A DNA stretch of 64,000 bases. It comes from Saccostrea echinata (Eukaryota). Below the pieces are notes generated by a model. That model was not told where the DNA came from. It searched no databases and was given only the letters and a program-made list of their open reading frames with translations. The DNA lies in assembly GCF_033153115.1 (NCBI RefSeq), contig NW_026889805.1, positions 15,190,001-15,254,000 of the forward strand, written 5' to 3'. The translations under genes and the position numbers were made by a program. Positions 23,251-35,864 of this stretch are shown here, piece by piece; within the stretch, counting starts at the first letter, position 1; each line of letters starts with the position of its first letter.

Positions 23251-24835
23251 TTAAGGTAAGCTTTCCTGAGAGGCTCAAGGGCCACATCGCTGATCTAAGA
23301 AACAATAGTCAATTGACTATACTTTGACCAAATAAGTTTTTTACAAAATCAAGTAAAAAATAAATAAATTTAAAAATGGAGAAAAAAAACTTGTATACAA
23401 TGCATAAATAACTTTTTCACACCCCTTAATACTTATCAAAAAACAGAAATAAAGGCCATCATATTGTGCGGGAATAAACAATTTTTCATACTTTTAAATT
23501 CTTAACAAATAGCTATAAAAAGACCATCATATTGTGCAGAAAATTTTTTTTCAATAAGCATACAAACTTGGGACCCCATTTTATCGCATTTCCCGTACCC
23601 CTTACGGTCATATTCGAAAAAAAAAATTAGAAAATTCTATATACAGTAAAAATTGTAGTGAATTCCTTAGTACATTGAATTTTAGTTCTTTTAAAATTGA
23701 AAGTTCATTAATGTTAATTGTCATAAAAATCAAATAATTATTGACCTTTTTGCTAAATATTCGTCAGATGTCCATCTGTCACCATATCTGATAATCTTTC
23801 TGTAAACTGTAAACATTACATACTCGTATATTTGTCCATTATATATAAGACAATTTCCCTTTAGTTTTATAACATTTAAGAGAACCTTTAGGAACAAGAC
23901 AACCCCTTAAAATATTCTAACATCTATATCTTAGATCCTGAAGTGACATCTTCACCGAAAAGTTATTCAACCTGGTTCAAATAATTACTTATCATACCTT
24001 AAATTTGCAATAATATTGAGCAATCTTTTTACATTTTTTTTCAAAGTGCGTTAAAATGGTCGATATTAACGCACGTTGAAAAGATTTTTTTTTCAAAGTG
24101 CTTTAACTTGGACACAAATTTTACGCACTTTGAAAATTTTTTTCAAAGTGCATAATTTTTCAGAGTGCGTTGTAACAAACCATATTCATGGTTCAAAATT
24201 TCAGATACTACAATTATAAAGTACGGTCAGATTTTTTTTAAAGTTCAGTGGCTTATATGCATGCATATATGTACAACCTTGTACTTAATTTTATAAGAAG
24301 ATGCTAAACAAAAATATTTCATAAAAACAACTTTAAAAAATAGGGATGAAACAGACTGGTACATAACGGAATTAAATTCGAGGAAAGGAAAAATCAAGAT
24401 AAAGATATTTAAAAAATGAAAGAAACGGTGATTGAAATAAAGAAAAAAGCTTAAAATATTTTTAAACGGAAGAAACAATGTAAAGATATAAGATATCTAA
24501 GCAACATCATAATTTGCAGTCTGTTGATTTGCTTTGACAGTAAATCTTACATAACGACGTTACCTCCGTAGGTCTCTGTGCAAAAGGTGAAGATAACAAA
24601 CAGTGATCCAAGATAACAAACAGTGATCCATCTCATAAATCTGGAAAAGAATACAAATCATAAACAAAGTTATAAAAATTATAAACTATATGATAGCGTA
24701 TATCAATATTTGAAAGAAAAAAAAACTTCTAGGTTTTAAAAGAATCAATCGATATCATTATTCAAGAAAAACAATCAAATCTGCATTAAGTTTTTTTTCT
24801 TTTTGATCGTTCGTGTAGCCTATGTGATGTATGAT

Positions 24836-25150
24836 GGATTGATTGCATGTTGTTTTACGTCCCGTTCGAGGATTTTTCATTCATATAGAGACGTCACCAT
24901 ATACCGGTGAAGGGCTTCAAATATAAACCTTCACTCGGCACTCAGGGCCATTGAGCAGTGAGGGTTACACCTACCGTGGTACGGGACCTCGGTTTTGAAG
25001 GTCTCATCCGAAAGACCTGCAACTTTCACTTCAAAGTGCCGATGGCTTTGCGAAGGAACAGTTGCTACCTATTTTGTTATCGACTTAGGTCAGTCGCGAC
25101 CTTCCGATCACGGAGCGAGCGCTCTACCTACTGTGCTACTGTTACGGCTA
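24836..25150 (-). mobile_element. tRNA-derived SINE, family 1
   Basis: Near full-length homolog of 58005-58335. Confidence 0.85.
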
Positions 25151-25724
25151 CTAGTATGTGATGTATGAATGTAATGTATAATCCAAAGTATAAAAAGATT
25201 TTATCATACAAGATTACACGCAATTAGCCCAGAAATAAAGCGTTTATCTGTTTAAAGACTGTGCTATACAATTATTATTGGTGATAATTAAGATATACTT
25301 GGATGACAAGAAATTCATATCAAAACACATTGCTATTCTTCTTTTATATTTAATGAAAAAACATGTAAATTGAAACAACTGGTAAATGATTATAATTTTA
25401 ATCGTCAGTCCAGGAATACCTTTGTTTTTATACATACGTGTATTTATCCTGTGAATGGAAAGCCTCTTTTGATTTCTTAAAATGATTAAATACAAATTCC
25501 ATAGATAAGGAAGAGTATATAATTTTTAGAGGGATTAAATAGCTTTTATGCCCGATAAGTGCATAAATGGACTTAATTCTTGATAACTCTAATTCATATG
25601 CTTAAAATGAAGTGTTTGTTATCGTGTTTAAGAAATAATTCTTGAATTATTCATTATTTCAAATATTGGACCCAGTAAAGCAGAGATTTTCGAGATTTTT
25701 GAAATGATTTTTCAAAAGACAAAT

Positions 25725-25925
25725 GCCGTCACGGAAGCTCAGTCGGTACAGCGCTCGCTCCGTGATCGGAAAATCGTGTGTTTGAATCACTGCCGCGACT
25801 GACCTAAGTCGATAAAAAATGGGTAGCAATTGTTCCTTCGCCAAGCAATCGACACTCTGAAGCTTCGGAAGAGACCTTAAAAACCGAGGCCCCGTGTCAA
25901 GGTAGGCGTTGGCACGGTAAAAGGA
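25725..25925 (+). mobile_element. tRNA-derived SINE, family 1 (5' part)
   Basis: A-box-like agctcagtcggtacagcg, B-box-like gtttgaatc, core aaaaaccgaggccccgtgtc. Confidence 0.8.
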
Positions 25926-26343
25926 GTAGTGAAAGTCGGAATAATTGATATTTTTACCTATTCCTGAATTTACGCGTAGCTAATTCAACAATATTCACTA
26001 TTCGTGATATTCAGCAGATGAAAAACCTTAAAATATCTAGTTATATGTACGTAGAATTAGTTTTTATTCTTTATCTCTGCTAAAATGTCAATTTTAATCT
26101 CCTTTCATGTAAAAAATTAGAATATGTATTTTTGAGCTTTAGATTTATAAATCACTCTGCTTAATAACCTGGATTCCTTTTAAACAATTTAATTCAAATT
26201 GAACTAGTGTATTCGATACAGTAGATATATAATAGATGATGTTGTGAGAATGCAAGAGCACTTGATGAATGAAGATTCAGTAGTTTTTATATCGATTAAA
26301 ATACATTTAACCCAATGAAGTTCAATGAAAAATTCATCAAAAT

Positions 26344-28125
26344 GTGGAGAACTACACATATACATCAGAAAGATTAGCAATAGTAAGTAGGCTGAAAGTT
26401 GATAATTAATAATGTGATCTTGTCTTTGTACTTTTCAATGGGATTGGTAGGAAATTCCTTAGTAAATCTTATTGACCGATTAAAGATGAAATGCAACAAA
26501 TAGGAGAGGTATTTAATCCCTTTCCTTGCTACAGTGGATCTGTTCCTGTCCCTTTTTAATGCTTCATTCTCAATTTCTATTAACACAATGCAAGCGACAT
26601 TTGAAAGCACGTATTTGTTTAAATCTTGTCATTTCTTTTTAACGTTTTAACGTTCACTTTTTCCTCTTATCATTGCTGTACACAGGTATCTCAAAATTTG
26701 TAAATCGTTCGGAAAACAGATTACTTTGCACTGGAAATGATTCGCTTTATTTTGGGGACTGAGTTTTAGCATTTACCTCGTCAATACCTATAACACGAAT
26801 TTACGGTTCAGTGCCCTTTCTAAATTATAAAGCTGGAATTGTAGCACGTAGATCTAGAAGTAGCACTCTTAAAACTGCTCACAATGCAGTATCATTGATC
26901 TTCGGAGGTACCTAGACCTAACAGCAATCACAATCATTGTTGCGCTAATTTGTTTTTACTCCAAAACAGGGTATACTGTAATTGTGCATTTCAGATATAT
27001 TAAGAGCAGACACATGCAGAACAGTTTGAACTAGTTAAACAAAGCAAGACCAAATTTGACAACGGTAAATTTCTTAGAAGCATTTGGTGATATAATGACA
27101 TGATAATTTTCGTTTTACTTGCATTCGGATTCCTTAATTCAACTCTCTTAAGCTTAGTCATACTTTCTAATTTCGTTCCTGCTTATAGTTCTAAAAAAAA
27201 AAAGAGTGAGTGAGAGAGAGGGAGAGAGAATTAAGTTAGGTATAGTGCAACATAATTTACAATTTAGGATAGAATCAAAATAAGAAATGAAGCAAAATTA
27301 TCAAAATAAAAGAAAATAAAGAAAATAAAATAAAATTGGAAAATATAAACAAGAAGTTAGAATTAAAATAAGAAATAAAAAATAAAGAATTTATTTAATT
27401 TGGAAAACAAGAAATTAGAATAACATAAGAAAATAAGAACATTTAAAAAGAATTGTGTCTCTGATGCCCCTCCATAGTTTCTCATATCAAAATTCAACAA
27501 ACGTGCAAACATTACATTTGTAGAATTGTGAATTGTCTTTGTGTTTCATTCAGCGTGCGGAAATACAGATTCAGGAAAACAAAGTTTACAACATCAGAAA
27601 TAGTATAAACTCAAAGTCAACACAGTTGACATGCTTGTATGTCGGAAACTTACCTACTTACATATGTAACCTATGAAACTGATATGATTACAAATTTGGA
27701 TTTACAAACTTACAAGTCTGGATTTTTGAACACGATTACCCTTCATACTAGACTATCTGAAAATGACTCTACCTCTGCAAATGCAACAGCGAAAAGTTTT
27801 ACTTTAAACACATCATGTTGTGTCGGGAGTGTAAATAATCTTTAACCAGATGCAGAGAACAAAAAGAGGAAAAGGGAGAATGGTACAGAAATTTCCTTTC
27901 ATGTTTATGCTGATAACCGTCATTTTGTTTCTCTCTAAAGATTATCGTCATAGTTCTAGAAACCAGGAATACGAACTTCTGGGAAGAGTTTTCAGATTTC
28001 ACCACAGCTGTTTTGATGTTTATGTGCAAACGTACAAAATAAAAAACATCGTAACTATATTTATTTATGCATTGCAAATCTACCAGTTTGTAAAAATAAA
28101 AATAAAAATGTTTAGCAAGGTTTGA
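26344..28125 (+). pseudogene. Full-length GPCR pseudogene interrupted in ICL3
   Basis: GTG at the position of the paralog ATG (VENYTYTSERL); NNVILSLY, GLVGNS, K*ERYLIPFLATVDL, IAVHRYLKICK, WK*, LIFGGT; about 0.5 kb unrelated AT-rich insert (c. 27085-27640); 3' part MVQKFPFMFMLITVI...FWEE with frameshifts. Confidence 0.9.
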
Positions 28126-28444
28126 AAATAAGGAAGCATAATATATTTATGTTACATATTATATACGATGTTACAGTGTGACGGTGCGAACCGTTTGGGT
28201 GAGTGCAGTTGTATTTATTACTGAACGCCACATTTTACCATTTTCACAGCTTACACAGCATTTACTGCTTTTAACTTTGATCCGCCTCTTCAAACAGCAC
28301 GTGACCAAGTCTAGATTGTAACATCGTATGTTAGTTGCACTTCCATAACGGAGGCTAAATAGTAAATATTCCTTTCTTTTAACGAAAAACATCGTAGAGT
28401 AATACAATTTTTTTTCTCTGTAGGAACTAACACTTTGCGATATC

Positions 28445-28860
28445 TGAGGTATTGCTCCCCGTTATTAGCAGACCTGTTTTGTATTCATATGAAGCAGAAT
28501 TCATTCAAAAACTTCTACTTGAACAGAAATCTCTTGCTGTTTTCTTCAAATCAACATTTAGATATATCAACGACGTTTTATCAATTTACGATATTCATTT
28601 TAATTCATTCCTACGTTGAATCGATATATCCCTTTGAACTCGAAAAAAGACAAAACAGAGTCTGACATCTGTTTCATATTTGGATATTTTACTAGTAAAA
28701 TATATTAATGTCAAACTAAATACTAAATTTTATGATAAACGTGATCGCTTCAACTTTACTGTCGTCAACCTCCCTTATTTATATAGCAAAATACCATTAT
28801 TACCTGTATATACAGTTAATGTCTCCCAGCTGATTCGATACGAAACAGCATGTTCTGAAT
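28445..28860 (+). mobile_element. Penelope-like RT C-terminal fragment
   Basis: CSPLLADLF, TFRYINDVL, TKFYDKRDRFNF, VSQLIRY motifs. Confidence 0.85.
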
Positions 28861-28861
28861 A

Positions 28862-30690
28862 AAACGCCATATATACGATGTATCGTAATGTCGCATTGAA
28901 GGCTGCCATAGAAGTATTTGAATAAATTCTGCTTCATATGAATATAAAAATAGGTCTGCTAATAATGGGGTGCAATTGGTACCCATGGGAATTTCAACCC
29001 ATTTGTCTTGTTGGAAGACAAAAAACATTTTTTAAAAATAATTTTGCAGATGACCAATGACAAGGTATGTAAATTTATGAGTTCAACTTTTATTGAAAAA
29101 GCAGTTGTCTGTGGTGTCAAAGAGTCTGGACTTAAATTTATCGTGAGGAATGGTTGTATGTAGTTTTGAAAAGTCGTACGTTTTTATGATATTGATTTGG
29201 TAAAATTTTGTAATTTCGAATTTTCTAAAAGTTCCATAGAGTTTTTAACTTTCCACATCTGATTAACACCACTTCTCAAATAAGTTTTTATACATTACTC
29301 CTGAAGTTTCTCAACTGCTGTTAATATTTTGGCGAGGAATAAGAAAGAGGATTGGTAGAACATTTACTAGAACCCACTATGCATCTCTGTTTGTAAGGAT
29401 TTTATATAGTTCTGGAATCCAGTATAGGTATGGTAATTCAAATTCAGTTTGATTGTTGGGAATATTAAAAAAAAATATTTCAAACTGACATTTGATTATG
29501 AAAAATTGCTTCTTTAGAATGGGTACTTTGAATATTAGTTGGATTACCTCTTGCAGAATTAAATCCAAGTTCCATTAAAAATCAATTATAATAGTGAGGC
29601 TTACAAACAAAGACAATGTTGCTATCTGCTTTGCTAGCACCAATACATACTGATCGTGTAATTTTTCTAATTCTTTTTTCACTTCTGAATTACTGAAGAC
29701 AGAAGGATAGATGGTTTTCGTACTGCTCCTCAATCATCTAATGCTAGATTTCAAAATCTAACAATTAATCTATCCTAAAAAAGTGCCAATGTCTTCTATT
29801 TTATGTTTTGCCCATCGCCTGGCTTAATCTTCAAGAGAATTTATAATATTTATGAAATTTTCACGCCAGTTGAATGATCGGGGTTCCCTTAACTTCTGAT
29901 TTTTAAAATGCGTGATCTGAGGTCTTCATTATTTACTATATTCACGTCAAAAGTAATGACGTGTCCAGCAGGATTATAGTTGTAGGGAGAAGAACATGAA
30001 CACGTAGAAGGATTATGTTTCAAATGTTCTATATCTAGGTACTGTAGATTTTTTGTAATTAAAAATAGTTTGGAAGTAAAAGTCGCTTAATATTTGTAAG
30101 AAATACAAGATGTGGACTTCTACTTCAAATATGGTAGAATACAAGACTGGACCCTTTTGTGAATAAGAATGTTGCTAGTATTTACTGCGTCAATTCCTTT
30201 GTTGAGATTTTAGTTTAAGAAACAGACGGGTTACTTGAGGAGTATTATTTTCCGTAAAAAAAAATTGGCGGTTTAAAAAGCCTGTGATTAGCAATATCCA
30301 TAATCACAGATCCCAGTATGTATTCTGGTGTCGAAAAATCCAAATATGAATCTTTCTTGGCTTTTACAAATAGATCATTTAGAACTTTCAAAGGGACAGA
30401 GTAAAATTCGGTACGGATGTGGTGAAAACCAAACTGTTTATTTACATAAGGTAGCAGTGGATAGAAAAAGGGACATCGTGTATAGTAGGTTTATTGTAAG
30501 ACCGATGTCCATGACTACGCTTCTGTCTCTGTGTATTGTAAAAGGTTCCTTCACGTTCACATTGCTTTATTGGAATTGAAAAAATTCCCAACACTATCTA
30601 CATTGCCATTGCAACCATGTAGAAAAGTATCCAGTATTCCTCTTGTTGTCTACGGAAAGGTGTACTCAATTATGGGCAATTAGTATGATG
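28862..30690 (-). mobile_element. Penelope-like element, degenerate N-terminal/RT region
   Basis: IPMGTNCTPLLADLFLYSYEAEFIQ, KTYDFSKLHTTIPHDK, FELPYLYWIP motifs on the minus strand. Confidence 0.85.
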
Positions 30691-32463
30691 GTAAGACTAT
30701 ATATCCAATACGTATCTATGTATTTCAACACAAAATTAATTGTCCTGTTTTGAACTTTGATGAATTCGAAGAAAAAAAAAACAAATTGCTTTAAGCTTTT
30801 ACACTTGAATAACATTTTCTCTTTGAACCTTAAAAACATCACTCTCTATCTTCTGCTGAAAAATAGTTCAGGTGTCCAATGTCAACAATAAAACTATACA
30901 ATACGTATTCAACTGCATTTAACAAATTCGGAATGACACAATTCACTTTGAGAAACACTTTCTGCTTCGGGTCTCGGAGGAAATTTTTTTTTTTTCTAAA
31001 CTATTCAACACCATCTCGTTATTTATCTATTACTAATACAATAAAAGAGAGAATACAGTTACTTCTGTATTATCCAAAACAATATTACTTTAAAGACAGT
31101 GACTAGTGATTTATCGACAAGACTTCTTTGAGAATAAATACGAATACACCGAAACTCAGTTATAAAGAACTTATAACGATTGTCCAAAGAAATTCCCTAG
31201 ATATTTGTATCAAAGCTGAACATCTTTATTCTTAAATTGAATTCTGTTTTATAAACATTTGGTGCTTATAAAGTCGTTTATATATTATGTGTAGAATTTT
31301 AAAGAAAATACATTGCTTAGTGATTTAATAATTTTGTGGTATTTAATTAAGCCATGCCGAAATATCAAACGTATATATATATATATTCCCAAACAATCTT
31401 AGTAGTTTTATTGTTATCTGTTATCCAGTTGTTTATGATTTTTTGACCACACAAAAAAAATCAACAAGGATACAGAAATATAAAATACAGATTTTAACAG
31501 ATGATACAAGGATGTCAACAAACTCGTTTTATGTCAACATTTTACAAATTCTATGGTCGATACAATGGCCTTGTTTGCAAATTTGTTTTTAAATTATTTC
31601 AAGGGTTTAAGCAGTTATATAAGGAATCTTATAATAATATTCCTGCTTTCATGCCAATAGAAAAAGTACGGTAAAATTAATTCTATGATCAATACGATGA
31701 CTCGTTAGCAAATAAAATCTGTCCTTAGGTTGAGTGTTGACAGACGTCTTTTATACAAAACGTGAGGCACTAATTTGCACACTGATTTGAATTTTTCCGT
31801 TTACCCGATCATGACAAGGGGCAGACGGTTGATGTGACCTGTCGACGGGGAATGATTACATCTTTATGGTACCTGATTCTACCTCTGTTTTCATAGGTCC
31901 ATGTTTTGACAATGCTAACAATTTGTAGTGTTTGTATTGTTTTTATTGACTTTAGAGCAAGCTCACATTTACATATTAAAAGTATGCATTGCTAATGAAA
32001 AAATAAAGAATGAAGAAAAATGTTTTATTTTTTTCACGTTTGAGACAAGAAGGTTTGTTTATATTTGTATCGTTACAAGTTCAGTAAAGATTAACACAAT
32101 GATAGGCTGCATACAAAAACAAGGAAATTTAAAATCAAGTCACATTATCGATTAAATGGGAACTATCCTATGTCCATAAAACAGTTTTATACAACACTAA
32201 AAGATAAGGGACAGGTAACATTCAAATGTAATTCAATTTTTTTTTTAAATTGATGTACACATAATAAAGCGTACTTACTGTCTTGTTAAAGTAGAATCTT
32301 TTAAGAAAAAACCTAATTAAATCTCCATATTTATGTTGATCTGTTTTCACATCTTCGACATTATGATTGGCGAGGGATCACAATAGTGATCTAAGCACTA
32401 TCACCTGTTGTTAAAATATGTAATATCAAAGCAAGAATATTGCATTATTACATTTAACATTAT

Positions 32464-33188
32464 ACACTTATTTCATGACTACGAGGGGAACAGTCAAACT
32501 GTTGTCCCGAGGTAATGGGGAAGACCTGGGAAACTGTTGCCCGAGGCCGAAGGCCGAGGGCAACAGTTTCCCAGGTCTTCCCCATTATCGAGGGACAACA
32601 GTTTGACTGTTTCCCGAGTTGTCATTAAATAAGTGTTTTATTACCTAACTTACTATATAATTTCTTAAAGTAATGATATAAACACATCGACAAAATTTGT
32701 ATTTTTTCTTAGTATTTTCATGCACTAATAAATTGATGTATACATGTATTGTTTAGTAAACAACATAATGATGACTTAAAGGTTTGAATATAACACGCTG
32801 AGTCATACGTTTAAGGCAACGATCTATAATGAGTGACAGGAGCCTTCATTTTTCCAAGAATTACCATCAGAAAAGGTGTTCTTGGCCTCTTTTTTCAAAT
32901 GATATTAAATTGAATATATATTTATATGGGTATCAGGATTACTCTTCAAATAATAGTTTTGAATTTATTGCCATGAAAATGCTTCAACTGATAAATAATT
33001 CAATATTATAGCTGTAAAGTACGAGAAATTGATTATGACGTCATAATGGATCAGTTCAGCCATGCAACAGTTCATTCTGTGACCGGGTAAACAGTTTTGA
33101 CTGTTTCATGATGTGCAGAAACGTTAAAATGAATCAGGAAACAGTTCAAAATGCCTAATTATAATTTATATAGTAGGTTAGGTAATAA
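32464..33188. mobile_element. Non-autonomous DNA element with terminal GCCGAAGGC-centred palindrome
   Basis: About 175-bp palindrome at 32464-32637, followed by attacctaacttactatataa, which pairs with ttatatagtaggttaggtaat near 33167-33186. Confidence 0.7.
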
Positions 33189-33614
33189 TTAAAAATCTTT
33201 CATGGAGACGAAGTCAACTGTTCAATTATTTTATTTTTCCTGAGACATTTCCGTTGTGACAAGAATATAAAGCTGACAGTATTCCTAATTAATAATACGA
33301 AATACATGCATGGAGAAAGAAGTGTGAAGAATTTCAAATCGTATTTATCAATTAAATAATAAAGCATCTTTATGATTGATTGATTGAATGAATTTAGTGT
33401 TACGTCCCATGCAAGAACATCCTTATAAAGTGCAAATACAATGCCTTTCATTTTTTTTTATCACAGCAAGGTGATACAGGTGAGCTTTTAGGCCAAGAGG
33501 AATTTTTAAATTATGTTTCCTTACCTTGAAAGATATTTATAAACACGTTATATATGAAATAAATATCCTTAGGTAAGATAACAGTAGGAAGATCCCGTAA
33601 GGAACACACAAGAA

Positions 33615-34796
33615 ATGGAAAATTATACAAACCAATCTTTGGATGAATTAAGGGTGTGGAATAGTGCACTAGCTACAATTTTAATTCCCAATAATGTTAT
33701 TCTGTCTCTGTATATGATTGCAGGCTTTTTGGGGAATTCCACTGTGATTTTTATATATGGACTGAAAATAAAGGGTAACAAAGAAGAAAGATATTTCATT
33801 CCATTTCTGGCCACTGCTGATCTGTGTGCCTCACTCGTTTGTGCTTCATTCGGAATCGCTCAAAATATGATGCAGGCGACATTTGATAACGAACCTTTGT
33901 GTAAAACTTGGTGGTTTTTTGCAGGCTCTACCACTTTGATATCAGTATTCCTCCTTATAATCATTGCTGTTCACAGATATCTAAAGGTCTGCAAACCTCT
34001 TGGAAAACAAATGACACTAAAGTGGAAACGGCTTGCGTTGGTTTTATGTTTGGCAGTAGCATTTCCTTTAGCTGGGCCTATGACGTATTTTTATGGATCA
34101 GAATCTTTCGTAAAAGATGACGAAATGAGGATCTACGGACGCCGATGTGGGAGACTGAGTACTACCAACAAGACAGGGTCTTTATTGTATGGAGGTGTTC
34201 TAGTTCTTACTGCAATTACAATTATTGTAGTGCTAACTTGTTTATATTCTAAAATAGGATTTACCATAGTTAAACGCTTTAAGTATAAGAAAGCAGTTGG
34301 CAACAACAGTACAACTGAGCAACCTCGAAGTAGATTTTCCAGTGGCGATGCTATTGCTGAATCTGAACAGGATATTCATTCTGTTGAGACGGATAGTACC
34401 GTATTATCATCTTCACATCTCCCTCAAGCTTCCATTCCAACTAAGGGGAAAGTCATACCAACTAATACCAACCAGAGATTAAAACATCTTCCACTTTCAT
34501 CGAGTACAAAGCGTAGAAGAAATCGGAGAACTGTTCATAGATTTACATTAATGTTCATGCTGATTACGGTCATATTTCTTATTTGTTATATCCCTAAAGT
34601 TATTATCATGCTTCTAGAGGCGAATAATACAAAATTTTGGGAGGGATTTTCCGAAGCCGGCAGATCTGCAGTGTCGTTTGTTTACAGGATTTACATATTA
34701 AACAATGTCACAAATCCATTTATATATGCCTTTTTAGACAAAAAATTTTCAGAGCAAATTAAGAAACTGTTTAAACTGCGTAAGAGCCCACCCTAA
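33615..34796 (+). CDS. Class A GPCR, subfamily A, copy 2
   Basis: 393-aa ORF, 7TM, AVHRY, CYIP, NPFIY; closest paralog of 8953-10143. Confidence 0.96.
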   Translation: MENYTNQSLDELRVWNSALATILIPNNVILSLYMIAGFLGNSTVIFIYGLKIKGNKEERYFIPFLATADLCASLVCASFGIAQNMMQATFDNEPLCKTWWFFAGSTTLISVFLLIIIAVHRYLKVCKPLGKQMTLKWKRLALVLCLAVAFPLAGPMTYFYGSESFVKDDEMRIYGRRCGRLSTTNKTGSLLYGGVLVLTAITIIVVLTCLYSKIGFTIVKRFKYKKAVGNNSTTEQPRSRFSSGDAIAESEQDIHSVETDSTVLSSSHLPQASIPTKGKVIPTNTNQRLKHLPLSSSTKRRRNRRTVHRFTLMFMLITVIFLICYIPKVIIMLLEANNTKFWEGFSEAGRSAVSFVYRIYILNNVTNPFIYAFLDKKFSEQIKKLFKLRKSPP

Positions 34797-35864
34797 CGAA
34801 AAACTATTTAGTTTACTACAGTATCAACGTTTTCACTATATTAAATCAAAGTTATTACTAAAGTGTTTTTACTATGAATTTCAGATCGTTATATTTTTTT
34901 TATAGTAAACTATAGTTAACTATAGTAAAATAGTAAATTTGGGTTAGGACATGAACACACAAACACCCTCACTCACTCACACACACGCACACCGAGAGAG
35001 AGAGAAAGAGAGAGAGATATTACCATTATAACATATTGAGATTCTCGTTTGTGTTATGTAAGTTTTTAAGTTTTGATGAGATGTGAAGATAACGAACAGT
35101 AATCGTGTTCAAAATTCCCATTAAATGATACAAATTGTGAGCAGAGTAAACCTTGAAACCGTCAGAGGCAGGATCAGGTGCCATTGAGGAGTACGCATCC
35201 CCTGTCGACCGCTCACACCAGCAGTGTGCCTCTTGTAACGGAGATTTTCAGAAGATAATTCTGTTTAAACCTAATGTCCTAACAGTTTGTATAAAAGACG
35301 TCAGACAACATTCGAGTTACCGACAGTGTGTATTTGCAAACAGGGTCATTGTATTTTTTAGATTGTATTTGTTCAATTTCTGCACATTTTCCCTCTCTTA
35401 ACTGACTTTTTACATTCAAAAAGCGTGAAAGTTAACAGTTAAAGAAACAGAAAATTTGACAATAATACTACTTTATAAAAGATCATACTGAATATAAGAT
35501 TATACTGAATACTTCATTTGCACATAAGATTAATATCTGTGTTGTAAAATGAATCTGCATTATTATTTGGGTCTCCAATAAACTGAAAAGCAAGGTAATA
35601 AACCCGCTTTTTTTAAATATAAGAAGGAAACATTACTTTTACATCTGTTTTATACTGTATTTATTCTTTGCTTTGCTGAAGTAGAGTTGACTGTCCATGC
35701 ACTGTTAATTTACTCAAAGGAAAGACGTTGAATATTTACAATTTTTTCGTATCCGTCTCAGAAGGAAAAGGTGCTGTTATATTTTATGCCAAATGCTAAC
35801 GAAGTGTCAAGAAAGTAACTTTCGAACAAAAAGTAAAGATACTTTTAGAAAGTACATATAAGGT

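Larger units (their letters stand above)
19632..24177. mobile_element. Outer non-autonomous DNA element, TGT..ACA termini, 6-bp TSD
   Basis: AACCAT at 19626-19631 and 24178-24183; right end gagtgcgttgtaaca; subterminal aacgcactttgaaaa repeats at both ends; left TIR degenerate and interrupted. Confidence 0.7.
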
